64,000 bases of DNA from contig JBEUKZ010000112.1 in assembly GCA_048128005.1 (NCBI GenBank), forward strand, positions 496,001-560,000, read 5' to 3'. A program made the position numbers and the translations under genes. The notes under the pieces were generated by a model, which saw nothing but the letters and a program-made list of their open reading frames with translations, was not told the DNA's origin and ran no database searches. Position 1 is the first letter of the stretch. The number at the start of each line of letters is the position of its first letter. Of the stretch, positions 27,177-37,340 are shown in pieces. The DNA comes from Veleropilina oligotropha. Lineage: Eukaryota.

Positions 27177-27904
27177 GAATAACCTTGGATAGGTGGGTAA
27201 GAAGTTCCTTACAGCAAACCCAAACAAGATAATGACTTACTTTTCACCATTTCAATCAGCTCGAAGCGTCGATTGTGTCCGCCCAGAGTGGAATTTACTG
27301 AGAATTATATTCAACTCTTACCAAGCGAGAATTTCGACCAGTGTTACCGGGAGAATACGCCGTGGTGTTAGTCGGACGAGGTGAACGGAAGTGCAATCAG
27401 CCCCAGGCACGGCCGGAAGGATGGATCCTTGTTGGTCTTACGTGTCATGGGCCAGTGGCAGCCAAATGGTACTCCGGGCCAAAGGCCGGTAGCCAGAGGA
27501 TGCAGTCGGATTTGTAAGCACACGGAACCTAATAGGTTGTGAAAGCGTGAAATCAAAAGCAAAGAATTAATAGATTAAATAAATAATCGATATTAATAAC
27601 TGACTCGCATGACCAACTTGCGAAACGCTAACATGTAAGACATGTTACTTAAAATAAATTTTAAGGAAGCAAATATTAAAAAAATTTCAATGTCTTGAAC
27701 ATCGTATGTTCGATAACAGCATAGAACATCAATAATATTGAACCTCAAAATCCTATAAGATTTACGCAATATAATTGTTTATTAATTCAATGTGATCTGG
27801 CTTGTCAATATACTCAGGTATGACATGAAGTACAAAATCTTAAAATGTTTTTAAGAAATGAACAGACATTGAATCGCCTCATATGTGTCTATTCCATAGA
27901 ACAG

Positions 27905-28190
27905 CTAGGCCAACAAATAACAATACAATGGTCTAACAATACAACGTTGAGCAGCCACACACTGTAGAGTGCTCAAACCGTCAGCCCCGGTTGAATAGTC
28001 CCGCAGATAATGCTTAACAAAGACATTAGCATTCTTCCAGTAACCTGCTTGAAGCAACGCTGTGATATTTAAATTATGTCGGAAGGCAATGGAAGCCGCA
28101 ATTGCACGGACCTCGTGCGCGCGCACAGATAAAATAGTGCGGTCTACTTCTTCACAGCGAGAGTATACATCTCTCACCACCTTTAGAAAC
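27905..28190 (-). pseudogene. Out-of-frame C-terminus of the DIRS tyrosine recombinase
   Basis: VRAHEVRAIAAS (HxxR), GYW and FVKHYL (catalytic Tyr) lie in a different frame from the rest of ORF3. Confidence 0.88.
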
Positions 28191-30711
28191 GCAGGGCCCG
28201 CACGGGGCAATTTAACCGGTCCTCATCATGCCTTCCGACCAGCGTAAGCTTAGGGATAATAATATCAGGTGCGTCCTCGTTCGGCCGTTGGTTCTTGGCG
28301 AGAAAGCCCAGAATAGGACGCAGCATCACCGACCCGTCTGACTGGAATCGAATATCTCGTAGCTCGGCGGATAAGCTATGAATCTCGGAACAACGCCTGC
28401 CCGACGCTAAGGCGATCAGAAAAACCGTTTTGTGCGTCAAGTTCCTCATAGACACCGTGGACATCGGCTCGTACGGGGGTAAGTGTAGAGCGTTAAGAAT
28501 TAGAACGATATTCCAGGCAGGTGGCCGAATGGTTCGGGTCGGCATCTCGAGCTCGTAGGATCGTATAAAATCCGATATCGTTCGGTCGCTAGATAGGCCA
28601 ACATGGGCACGACACTGTTTTAACGTGGTCGCGATCGTTGCCCGATAGCCTTTAACGGCGGACACTGACATACCGCGGTCAAAGAGCGACGATAAAAACT
28701 CGATAAACTTGTTCACAGGGGGACGGAGAATATTGACCTGCCGGCTGTGACACCAATCCACGTACTTGACCCATCGGTAGTCATAAACTTTTGTCGTGGA
28801 AAGCCTTCTCGATCGGTAAATGCGTAGGGCTGTTGCGTGAGAAAATCCTTTCTTAGCAAGGGATCGTTCGATAACCGCCAGGCGTGTAAACGTAAGTCGT
28901 TCGGCGATGGATGTAGTACACGGGTGCGCGGCTGCATTAACAGGTCCGGTCTCTGCGGGAGCGCTAACGGTCGATCGACGATCAGATCGAGGAGGGTCGG
29001 AAACCAAGGTTGCGTGCGATACAGGGGCGCGATTAGCGTTATCTCGCAACGTTCGTTCGATGCCTTCTGTAATACCAGTGTCAGAATGCACGACGGGGGG
29101 AAGGCATACGCGGACAGATTCTCCCATGTCATTGACAGTGCGTCGACCGCTAGGGCGGCCGGGTCCGGGTACGGGGAGACATACAGAGGTAGTCGGTAAT
29201 TGAATTCTGTTGCAAACAGATCGACTTGGGGTTGCGACCACCGGCGGCAAACGTCCCGAGCTACTCGGCTGTGTAGCGTCCACTCTGTGTGTATTATCTG
29301 TGATTTCCGAGAGAGCGAATCCGCTCTGACATTCAGCTTTCCCGGGATGTGTCGGGCTCGAATCGTCGAGTTGAGGGACATCACTAGGCGGTGTAGGTCT
29401 ATTGCTCGGTCGCAAAGGGGATGCGAGCGAGTGCCGCCCTGGTGCTGGATGTAAGCGACGACAGTCGTGTTGTCCGTGGCGAGCATTATGTGCTTGTTGC
29501 GGAGATGTGACGAGAGGGACCGTACTGACAGGTAGACGGCTTCTAACTCTAGGAAGTTGATGTGTCGTCCCTGAAGGTCCGTCGGCCATAGGCCTGATGT
29601 CTCGTAACTGTCGAGGTGACCACCCCAGCCGTCGTTCGAAGCGTCTGTGAACAGGTAAGCGTTCGGCTCTGGCGGGGATATAGGAACCGACTGGTCCGGC
29701 AAAGCAGGGTTCAACCACACTGCTGTTGTGCTGGTAAACCAATGCCGTAGATCGATGCGATCCGTCCACTGCCCCGTCCGTTGTATCCAGCGATCCCTGA
29801 ACGCCTGTTGTAACGGTCGTTTGTCCATGCGACCCGTCGGTAGCAGGGTCGCTACCGACTCGATGTGCCCCAGGACAGTGGCCAGTTGTCGCGCCGTAGT
29901 TATGTCCGATGACAGGGTGTCTTGGATAACCGCGCGTAGGTTCCGCATACGTTTCTGGGTCGGCTTCGCGGTGTACCGGACCGTATCGAAGTCGACTCCG
30001 AGGAACATAAACGTCGTCGAGGGCACGAAGCAGGATTTTGTCTCGTTGATCTGAAATCCCAGGCGCTTCGTCGATGACAGGGTAAAACTCGTAGACCGGA
30101 GGCACAGATCTCGGGACGCCCCGAGGATCAGCCAGTCGTCGAGGTACATATGTACCCTGTGCCCTAGAGAGTGTAGGAAGGCCCCAAGGGCCTGTACTGT
30201 TCTCGTGAAGACGTAAGGGGCTGACGATAGACCGAACGGTAGGCACCTGAATTGGTAGATCGTTTCCCCGTGTATAAACCGAAGGTACTGATGAGCCGTG
30301 ATATGCATCGGGACATGCAGATACGCGTCGGTCAGATCGATAGACGCTGCCCAGTCGCCCGGACGGATGGCCGATCGAATCTTCGAGAGGGTTTCTTGCT
30401 GGAATTTCTCGGTACGAAGATATCGGTTGAGATACGATAGATCGAGGATCGGTCGCCAGCGGCCATCGGGTTTCGGGACCAGGAAGAAATGGCTGTAAAA
30501 TCCTGGTGTGCTGGGCGGCGCGGGATATATCGCTCCTTTGAGGAGCAAATCCCGCACTGCCTGGTCTAAGACCGCTTGTTTCTCTCTGTTTAGGAGGCGA
30601 GCGTGTCTTGGTGGTGGTGCCTCGGTTAAGGTCGGATGCCGGTTGAATGCCAACTTGTATCCGGCACGCACGACTAAATGGACCCAGCTGCTGTCTGTTA
30701 GCTCTAGCCAC
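28183..30711 (-). CDS. DIRS ORF3: long frame overlapping ORF2 and ending in the N-terminal part of the tyrosine recombinase (YR from ~28884), truncated
   Basis: SAM-like core-binding region (STTKVYDYRW...SAVKGYRATI), catalytic Arg box KTVFLIALASGRRCSEIHSL and FLAKNQ, then CPVRALRF-stop. Confidence 0.88.
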   Translation of the reverse strand: MARANRQQLGPFSRACRIQVGIQPASDLNRGTTTKTRSPPKQRETSGLRPGSAGFAPQRSDISRAAQHTRILQPFLPGPETRWPLATDPRSIVSQPISSYREIPARNPLEDSIGHPSGRLGSVYRSDRRVSACPDAYHGSSVPSVYTRGNDLPIQVPTVRSIVSPLRLHENSTGPWGLPTLSRAQGTYVPRRLADPRGVPRSVPPVYEFYPVIDEAPGISDQRDKILLRALDDVYVPRSRLRYGPVHREADPETYAEPTRGYPRHPVIGHNYGATTGHCPGAHRVGSDPATDGSHGQTTVTTGVQGSLDTTDGAVDGSHRSTALVYQHNSSVVEPCFAGPVGSYIPARAERLPVHRRFERRLGWSPRQLRDIRPMADGPSGTTHQLPRVRSRLPVSTVPLVTSPQQAHNARHGQHDCRRLHPAPGRHSLASPLRPSNRPTPPSDVPQLDDSSPTHPGKAECQSGFALSEITDNTHRVDATQPSSSGRLPPVVATPSRSVCNRIQLPTTSVCLPVPGPGRPSGRRTVNDMGESVRVCLPPVVHSDTGITEGIERTLRDNANRAPVSHATLVSDPPRSDRRSTVSAPAETGPVNAAAHPCTTSIAERLTFTRLAVIERSLAKKGFSHATALRIYRSRRLSTTKVYDYRWVKYVDWCHSRQVNILRPPVNKFIEFLSSLFDRGMSVSAVKGYRATIATTLKQCRAHVGLSSDRTISDFIRSYELEMPTRTIRPPAWNIVLILNALHLPPYEPMSTVSMRNLTHKTVFLIALASGRRCSEIHSLSAELRDIRFQSDGSVMLRPILGFLAKNQRPNEDAPDIIIPKLTLVGRHDEDRLNCPVRALRF

Positions 30712-30734
30712 GACTGGCTGTCGCTAACAGACAC
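28713..30734 (-). CDS. DIRS ORF2: reverse transcriptase, RNase H and DNA N6-adenine methyltransferase-like domain
   Basis: RT motifs GFYSHFFLVPKPDGRWRPILDL, IDLTDAYLHVP, LPFGLSSAP and YLDD. RNase H motifs FTDAS, HINFLELEAV, TDNTTVV and NVRADSLSR. MT-like DLFAT...YAFPP. The true N-terminus probably continues upstream across a frameshift at ~30721. Confidence 0.95.
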   Translation of the reverse strand: MSVSDSQSWLELTDSSWVHLVVRAGYKLAFNRHPTLTEAPPPRHARLLNREKQAVLDQAVRDLLLKGAIYPAPPSTPGFYSHFFLVPKPDGRWRPILDLSYLNRYLRTEKFQQETLSKIRSAIRPGDWAASIDLTDAYLHVPMHITAHQYLRFIHGETIYQFRCLPFGLSSAPYVFTRTVQALGAFLHSLGHRVHMYLDDWLILGASRDLCLRSTSFTLSSTKRLGFQINETKSCFVPSTTFMFLGVDFDTVRYTAKPTQKRMRNLRAVIQDTLSSDITTARQLATVLGHIESVATLLPTGRMDKRPLQQAFRDRWIQRTGQWTDRIDLRHWFTSTTAVWLNPALPDQSVPISPPEPNAYLFTDASNDGWGGHLDSYETSGLWPTDLQGRHINFLELEAVYLSVRSLSSHLRNKHIMLATDNTTVVAYIQHQGGTRSHPLCDRAIDLHRLVMSLNSTIRARHIPGKLNVRADSLSRKSQIIHTEWTLHSRVARDVCRRWSQPQVDLFATEFNYRLPLYVSPYPDPAALAVDALSMTWENLSAYAFPPSCILTLVLQKASNERCEITLIAPLYRTQPWFPTLLDLIVDRPLALPQRPDLLMQPRTRVLHPSPNDLRLHAWRLSNDPLLRKDFLTQQPYAFTDREGFPRQKFMTTDGSSTWIGVTAGRSIFSVPL

Positions 30735-30785
30735 GCTCCCACCGGAGGTAGCGGGCAGCTGGGACCGTCGCGAATGCCGGCAGCC

Positions 30786-33059
30786 CTAGGGCCGAGGCTT
30801 CCCTCTCCCGCTCTGCTTACGGGATTTCGCTGGAGGTGCTTGCCTCTTCGGAGTGGGTTTATTGGCCGGAGGCCTACCACCCGAAGAGGGCTTCGCACGC
30901 TTAGAAGGCTTCGGGGCCCGGGTGGGCCCTGAGCGCTTCCTCGAGTCGGCAGGTGGACCCCGAACGGGGTGCAGTACCACCTTCTCGATGGCACGGTCCT
31001 TCATATCCGCCGCTCTCTTGTCGACGAACTCCGAAAAGTTGTCACCAAAGAGAGTGGTGGCCGAGCAAGGCACGCATCGCAACGAGCGCCGGGTGGCCTC
31101 GTCTAGTGAGGTGCCTTCCAGGCAAGCATCCCTACGAAGTAGGAGTGCATTGCCCAGGACACGTCCCGTCTCCAACGCGCTGGTCTCCTGCGCGGCAGCA
31201 ACCTCCTGGAGGAAGGACAGGGCAGCCTCACAGGCGCCGGGTCCATCCTCCTGTAGTACGGCTATCGCGCCGTCCAAGAAAAAATCCTGAACAGACGATA
31301 GCCGTAGAGCCCGTCGGGCGGCGCTCTCGAAAGCTACCAAGGCGGACCAAGGGACTTTCGCCACGGAGGGAGTGTGACTGGCGGTCAGTCGACGCAACGA
31401 AGCGTCTACATGAGCCGGCTCAGTCGCCAGGCACGGACCAGTACAAGCGAACGGGATCGAATGCGAACTGGCCCGGAGGTACCTCCCACTACGGAACCCC
31501 GAAGGGAACTCGTTCAGCGGGGAGGACTCCACCGGATTGCGCCCCTGAATGAGCTTGGTTGTCGAGTCGACGACAAGATCAACCAGCCCAGACTGAGGTA
31601 AGGAGGGGAGCTCGGGGGCTTCCCTCTCAACAAACCGATGTGCTGCCGTCCTGTGCTTGGCTGAACCTACGGCCGACCGAGTCGGTTCCGGCAGGCCAAG
31701 CACCCCGCGAAGTGACGCAACGGCGTCGAGCCTTCGGCGGGTGGAGGAGGTCGGCTCCTGCGTGCCTGAAAGACTTGCGTCTTCGGGCCCGACCGATTCA
31801 GGGAGGTCGGAGTGATTGGAATCGAGGTCCTCGTCGGAACGAGGGTCGATGTCCATCACGGAGGCAGGAGCCGTGCTCTGCGCCATGGGCAGATGTGTAG
31901 GTACCAGGCGCGGCTGGGGAGCCGTCGGCCAGGCCTTACACTGTTCCTCGATCCCCGCCGCCATCCATGCCTGGACGTTCTCCAAAGAGAAACCCTGAGG
32001 CAGGACGGGCGTCGAACTAACAGCCGGTAGTTCAGTCGAGGAAACCGTGGCGCTAGGTAGACGGGCTGCATAGACAGGTGGGGCCGAGGACCAGGGTCCT
32101 AGGGCACTTGTCGAGGGGTCGAACCCGAAGGGCTGGCCCAAAGGCGCAGTCAGTGGGCCGGACGACCGGTAGGACTGCGGCAACAGTCCATATCGGTCTA
32201 CCACTCTGTTCGAGAGAGGCACGGTCGGAAAACCGCCGTAGAACCCCGTCCCGAACGCAGCCGGTCTGTCCACGTTCTCTAGCGTGACCATCGTGGGTGC
32301 ACGGGAAAGAACGGGCCCTCTGAATGTCTCGTGAGCTTCGAGGTTGAGCGGAAAACCCTTAGGGGCAGTCGCGTCGGTCTCGATCGAGGATTCAGGTGTC
32401 GCCGATTGTCCGGATCTTAGACCTTCGAAAAGGTGCCCGGCCTCTTTAAAGGCTTTCTCATTGGGTCGCTCCCCGTCGTTAAACGGAGAGTTTCCCGCAG
32501 AAGGACTAACTGTCCCCTTATTCTTCGAGGCCGAAGAATAGGGAGGGGATTGTCTGCCCTGTTCAGCTGTTCTCTGCGCTGCCAGATATACCTTGCTAGC
32601 CGGCAAGGTATGGTTGGCTGCAGCTACTAGGCCCGTTTGAGGAGGAACGGTCGGCACTCGGGCCGTTACCTGAATCTGGGGTCCCGGCAAGGTTTCGGTG
32701 ACTCCCCCAAGAGTCGCGGAGGTTTCGCCGGTGGATCCGGCGACAGACGGCCCCTTATGTCGGCTGTCGTCCAGCGTCCCTGAAGCAGACAAAGAAGAAA
32801 CGTTATCCCTTACGGAACCCCTAAGGGAACTCGTTAACTTACCAGTCTCTTCCTGACCCTTCTCCGGGGGAGGACCCACCGTGGCAGTCGCCCTGGTCGA
32901 CTTACCCTGGTGGGATAGAACCGCCCACTGCTTGTCTGATAAAAGAAGGCACAGATCACATTGAAGTTTAAGACTACAAGTACGGTGAATACGGCATTCC
33001 GTGTGCTTATCAAAACCGTGAATTTTCTGGTTACACCCGGAGCTACTGCACCGGACCAT
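30786..33059 (-). CDS. DIRS ORF1, gag-like protein
   Basis: ~757-aa open frame (first ATG 33059) with an N-terminal Cys/His cluster (CSSSGC...H..C..H..C.....C..C), a low-complexity middle, a helical C-terminal region (..GNALLLRRDACL..TTLFG) and a basic tail. Lies 5' of RT. Confidence 0.85.
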   Translation of the reverse strand: MVRCSSSGCNQKIHGFDKHTECRIHRTCSLKLQCDLCLLLSDKQWAVLSHQGKSTRATATVGPPPEKGQEETGKLTSSLRGSVRDNVSSLSASGTLDDSRHKGPSVAGSTGETSATLGGVTETLPGPQIQVTARVPTVPPQTGLVAAANHTLPASKVYLAAQRTAEQGRQSPPYSSASKNKGTVSPSAGNSPFNDGERPNEKAFKEAGHLFEGLRSGQSATPESSIETDATAPKGFPLNLEAHETFRGPVLSRAPTMVTLENVDRPAAFGTGFYGGFPTVPLSNRVVDRYGLLPQSYRSSGPLTAPLGQPFGFDPSTSALGPWSSAPPVYAARLPSATVSSTELPAVSSTPVLPQGFSLENVQAWMAAGIEEQCKAWPTAPQPRLVPTHLPMAQSTAPASVMDIDPRSDEDLDSNHSDLPESVGPEDASLSGTQEPTSSTRRRLDAVASLRGVLGLPEPTRSAVGSAKHRTAAHRFVEREAPELPSLPQSGLVDLVVDSTTKLIQGRNPVESSPLNEFPSGFRSGRYLRASSHSIPFACTGPCLATEPAHVDASLRRLTASHTPSVAKVPWSALVAFESAARRALRLSSVQDFFLDGAIAVLQEDGPGACEAALSFLQEVAAAQETSALETGRVLGNALLLRRDACLEGTSLDEATRRSLRCVPCSATTLFGDNFSEFVDKRAADMKDRAIEKVVLHPVRGPPADSRKRSGPTRAPKPSKRAKPSSGGRPPANKPTPKRQAPPAKSRKQSGRGKPRP

Positions 33060-33816
33060 AGCTAAATACACGGGAGGGTGGTAGTGGGTAGACGGGGTAG
33101 GTAAATAGGTATATATATGGTAGTTGTGACTTTTACTACAACAACTCTCAAAATTGCCCTGATCTGAAGATCAAAGATCAGGCGATATACCGCAAAAAAC
33201 CCCGAACTGGGAACACCGAGGCCGGGTAATAACCCGGCACGACCCGGTAAAAAACCCGGCAAATTGACTAAAACAAACGGGGGTTCTTTCTTAGAAAAAA
33301 CCCGCCCGAAAAACACCTGAAAACCTCGTGGATGTTTTTATGTTAGTACAATGGCGTATTATCCCAGAAACGGCAGGATATCAGAAAAACGCAAGCGTGA
33401 TATCAAAACGATCCTGCCTATTAACGACGCTAGAAATTTTATACAATAATAACCAGCAATAGCGTCGTTAAGGAATTATCCAATATAATGAGTTACCTGT
33501 TTGCAGTCTCAAACAATATCAGATAAATATACCGACCAGAAATTTCTTCTTATTACACGAAACTTCCCCTCTGAGCGGCCATGCTTTTCCGTGCAACAGC
33601 GGCGATGTCGGTTTCACTTGATGTCAGAACTTCTCGAAGTTTAGAATCACAATCTATCCTTATTCACTTGTGTTTTGTCTATCCACAACACAGTGTATAT
33701 TCCACAGTATATAACTAAAGATAAGTTATAATAGCGTCCTCGATTTAAACATGTAAATCGCAGACAAATTCGAAATATTTGCGGAGCAAAAAACACGTCT
33801 TTCCGTCTCGGCGGAA

Positions 33817-34016
33817 AACTTTGAATTGAGGTCTTGTGATCTCGAGCTCGGATATCTCGCGAGACTTGGCGAGATCTCGCCGGGGGAACTTAGAGAGCGG
33901 GAGCAGGGGAGGTAATCGTAGTACGTTTTGACTTAATAAGTGCCTAAATGTGACTTTATTCACTGTTTCCGGTTGGCGATAATATGACTATTATGGCAAG
34001 AGTAAGGACGTAAGTA
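33817..34016. repeat. DIRS 5' inverted terminal repeat (200 bp)
   Basis: Reverse complement of 26828-27027. Followed by a unique extension gtttgtaactatata to 34031. Confidence 0.93.
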
Positions 34017-36357
34017 GTTTGTAACTATATAGAGGATGAAAGAGAAAAAAAGAGTACAATTATTTAATCCATAAAAGCTAAATATATCTTTAATATGTTA
34101 TAACATGATTATAACATGATTGTAAAAAGATTGAGCTTGAACACAGAGTGTACACAGCTGGCCTACCAGTCCACCAGGGTTTACCAGATCCGCTCTAAAG
34201 GTGTGTCAACTAATACATGAAGGATGGATTGATGCTTAATGTCCTGATTCAACAACCTTCTTGCTTCCATGTACGCATTATCGACACTATTCCATGCGCA
34301 AATAAATCAATACGTCTTTTTATGCAGTAACATTTCCATGTTTGCGTTTGCGATTACATGCTCTAAAACCCATGTTGGAAAAATGTTGATCAGGGAGCAA
34401 GTTTTCAATGCACTAAACGAAATATGCATGCGTGTAATTGGCATCATATGACGTCAATAAATCAAAGTATTTATAGTCTCTTTTTAGACTCCTTAGAATT
34501 TTGTGTAAACGTTCACTGAAACTGTTGAATGGAAATGAATATATATTATAGAAATGCAATCCTGTATAATTAGTGTATCGGCTCTCTTCTGACATTTGTT
34601 AATGTAATACTATTGGTTATAATCATTCAACATACCTAAATATAAGATGAGTAGATATGCCTCATTGTATGTATGCATATATTGTATCCAAAGGGCCATA
34701 TGGCCTATGGAGTTAATAAACAAATTCTTCCTCTATTATAGATAGCTGAGACTATTAACTGTACAAAGTTCCCAGCCAAAGAATCGAACAGACAGACAGA
34801 GCAGTCAAGCAAATGAATTGAAACACCACGCTCTTATGCACTCAACAACCTGTGCAGCTCTATATAATTAATGCATGACAATGTTCCAAGATATATGATA
34901 CAGTGATGGCAATTCACATGAACAAACACTCCTGACCAGGTCATAATCATTTCTTTATAATAACGCTCTGTAAAAGCAGAGATAGCGTAGTCTATGCAAT
35001 GATCATAATTGTTTATGTGGACAAAAATAAAATGCAATCATCAAAACTCATCTAAATTGCAAATAATTTTAAATTTGCTATTAATTAACTAAAGATGATC
35101 AATTTAATTAAGAAACTTACTGTTGCCATTAACAGAGTGGAAAAATTAAGTCGAAATCCACATAAATGTATACCACAATCAGTGTAGAAGTACTGGATTA
35201 GGCTGGTTCGCCATGAAGCTATGCGTTGTAGCCATTGCTCAGGGATGGTCGAGTTCACAGTGTTGTCACAAATACCTGTGTGACATAATTAGAACACGGC
35301 ATGTCGCTTTGTTTATACACGGTGTTGCAGAAGACTTGGCATTGAGACGTGTATCACACATGGACAACTTTATACTGGACACACCTCTGTCAGTTATCTC
35401 GCACAGGAAATACGGATAAATTGGATGTTCCCTTTAACTGTCACTATCAATGTTGACATCCAATGCACCCGAAAAGCACTTCGTCCACAATGTTATTAAT
35501 AGTTGATCCTGCATAGCTAAAATACCTCAGGTAATGCACTATCAGATGATAATATTGATGTTTAATGACAAGGACAACATGTTTTCAATATTAAATAAGG
35601 TCATTCAACTCTAAGTGATGAAATGAATTTATGATATGTGTAATGGACCAAGAGTCGCGTATTTGTCGACACAACGTGGGATTGAACTCAGGACACTTTC
35701 TGTGCATCAAATACTCCTCTGTTCATCTGTATTCGCCTTGCAGGATGGTTGACCACACGACTTTCCCTGTATCAATAGGAATTTACGACGTTCAAGGGGG
35801 TCTTTAGTCTGTTCGTATAATGCATATTGCATGACCTTAACTGGGGGACTGATCCTTACCAGTTCAACATAAAATAGATTTTTGAAAAAGATTCATAAGT
35901 CATGTGTAGGATTTTTCTTCTTATGTCTTCTCCAGGACTTGGTAGTGGCTTCCGATTCATAAACTTAAATTGGTTCTTATATCTGCACTGCAGATCAGAT
36001 TAAGATGGTTCTTGGCCCACATACATAGAATAGCACCGTTTAAAAAGACAATACCCTGACAAACACTCAACTTAAGGCTAAGACTGATGCTTTCCATGCT
36101 GTCATACTATGGCACACATCATACCAAACGTGATTCTTCTGGAATAGCTTAAATTTCATCATATATATAATATGCATATCTGGACAGCACCCTTGTCTCA
36201 GCTATACTAGGCGAACTGTTATACACCATATCTGATTGGCCTTTTCAGATGATGGATCTGAAATTGCATGGTTATGACGAGAATATCCTGCACAGACATC
36301 TGTGAAAAGCAACTCTCGAATGACTACATCTTTCACTATGACTTTACATTGCATATG

Positions 36358-36630
36358 AACTACCCAAGGTCATTCAGTGGTGTAATAAACTACCCAAGGT
36401 CATTCAGTGGTGTAATAAATAAAACTACCCAAGGTCGTTCAGTGGTGTAATAAATAAACTACCCAAGGTCGTTCAGTGGTGTAATAAATAAACTACCCAA
36501 GGTCGTTCAGTGGTGTAATAAATAAAACTATCCAAGGTCGTTCAGTGGTGTAATAAATAAAACTACCCAAGGTCGTTCAGTGGTGTAATAAATAAAACTA
36601 CCCAAGGTCGTTCAGTGGTGTAATAAATAA
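36358..36630. repeat. 30-36-bp x8 minisatellite
   Basis: aactacccaaggtcgttcagtggtgtaataaataa. Confidence 0.95.
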
Positions 36631-36750
36631 AGAGCACGGCTCCCATTCACTCGCCTGATTCGCACGAGTTGGTTCGAATCCTTGACTGGGCACTTTGTAC
36701 AGTACAGTATATGTACAGTGCGTCGTTTATGACTTGCCGGGGGGGGGGCA

Positions 36751-37340
36751 TTAATAATAATAATGAAAGATTTATATATAGCGCAAGATCACGAAAAGTA
36801 TTCTAGCACTTTGCGCTTTACAAATGATTGGATCAGAACACTTAAACAGACAATGATAAACAATATACATTTTACAAGACATACATATTTTATAGCTGAC
36901 TGGACACAATTATGGAAAAAGGTTGATAGATGCGACATTTTCAGTTTATGAGAAATGGTTCCGGAACAGGTGTGTTTTGAGAGATCTTTTGAAAGTTGCT
37001 TTGTCTTCGATGTAGCGAATAACAACAGGAAGTGAGTTTCATTGGCATGGAGCAGCGAATGAAAAAAAACGTTCTCAAAGAGATTTCGTTTTCATGCCAG
37101 GAATGGAAAGAATACGAGTGTCTAAAGAAGAATGGTGAGACCTTGCTGGGGAATACACCGAGAGTAGATCTGACAGATATTGAGGTAGTGATTGATCGAA
37201 ATAAGCATGGCACAGAGTTTAATATGGACATGTCTTGGAATGATCCTGAAGGGGGTTACAAATGGTTGCTTGATTGGCAACTTTGTTTTACGACCACTTT
37301 TGGAAATTTATCAACCATATCGCAGTTGGGATAACAAATT
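36751..37340 (-). mobile_element. L2/CR1-group LINE 3' fragment, decayed
   Basis: Minus frame reads ...SSLDTRILSIPGMKTKSL*ERFFSFAAPCQ*NSLPVVIRYIEDKATFKRSLKTHLF, typical of an L2 ORF2 end. L2-like 3' end gtaaagcgc...gcgctatataaat followed by an (ATT)n tail. Confidence 0.8.

Larger units (their letters stand above)
26791..34031 (-). mobile_element. DIRS1-type tyrosine-recombinase retrotransposon, structurally full length
   Basis: ITRs 26828-27027 and 33817-34016, ICR 27087-27176, overlapping gag, RT-RH-MT and YR ORFs, no TSD, GC-rich relative to flanks. Confidence 0.96.

Noticed and set aside
28837..32630. Many plus-strand ORFs of 60-199 aa
   Set aside because: Antisense shadows of the GC-rich DIRS coding region.
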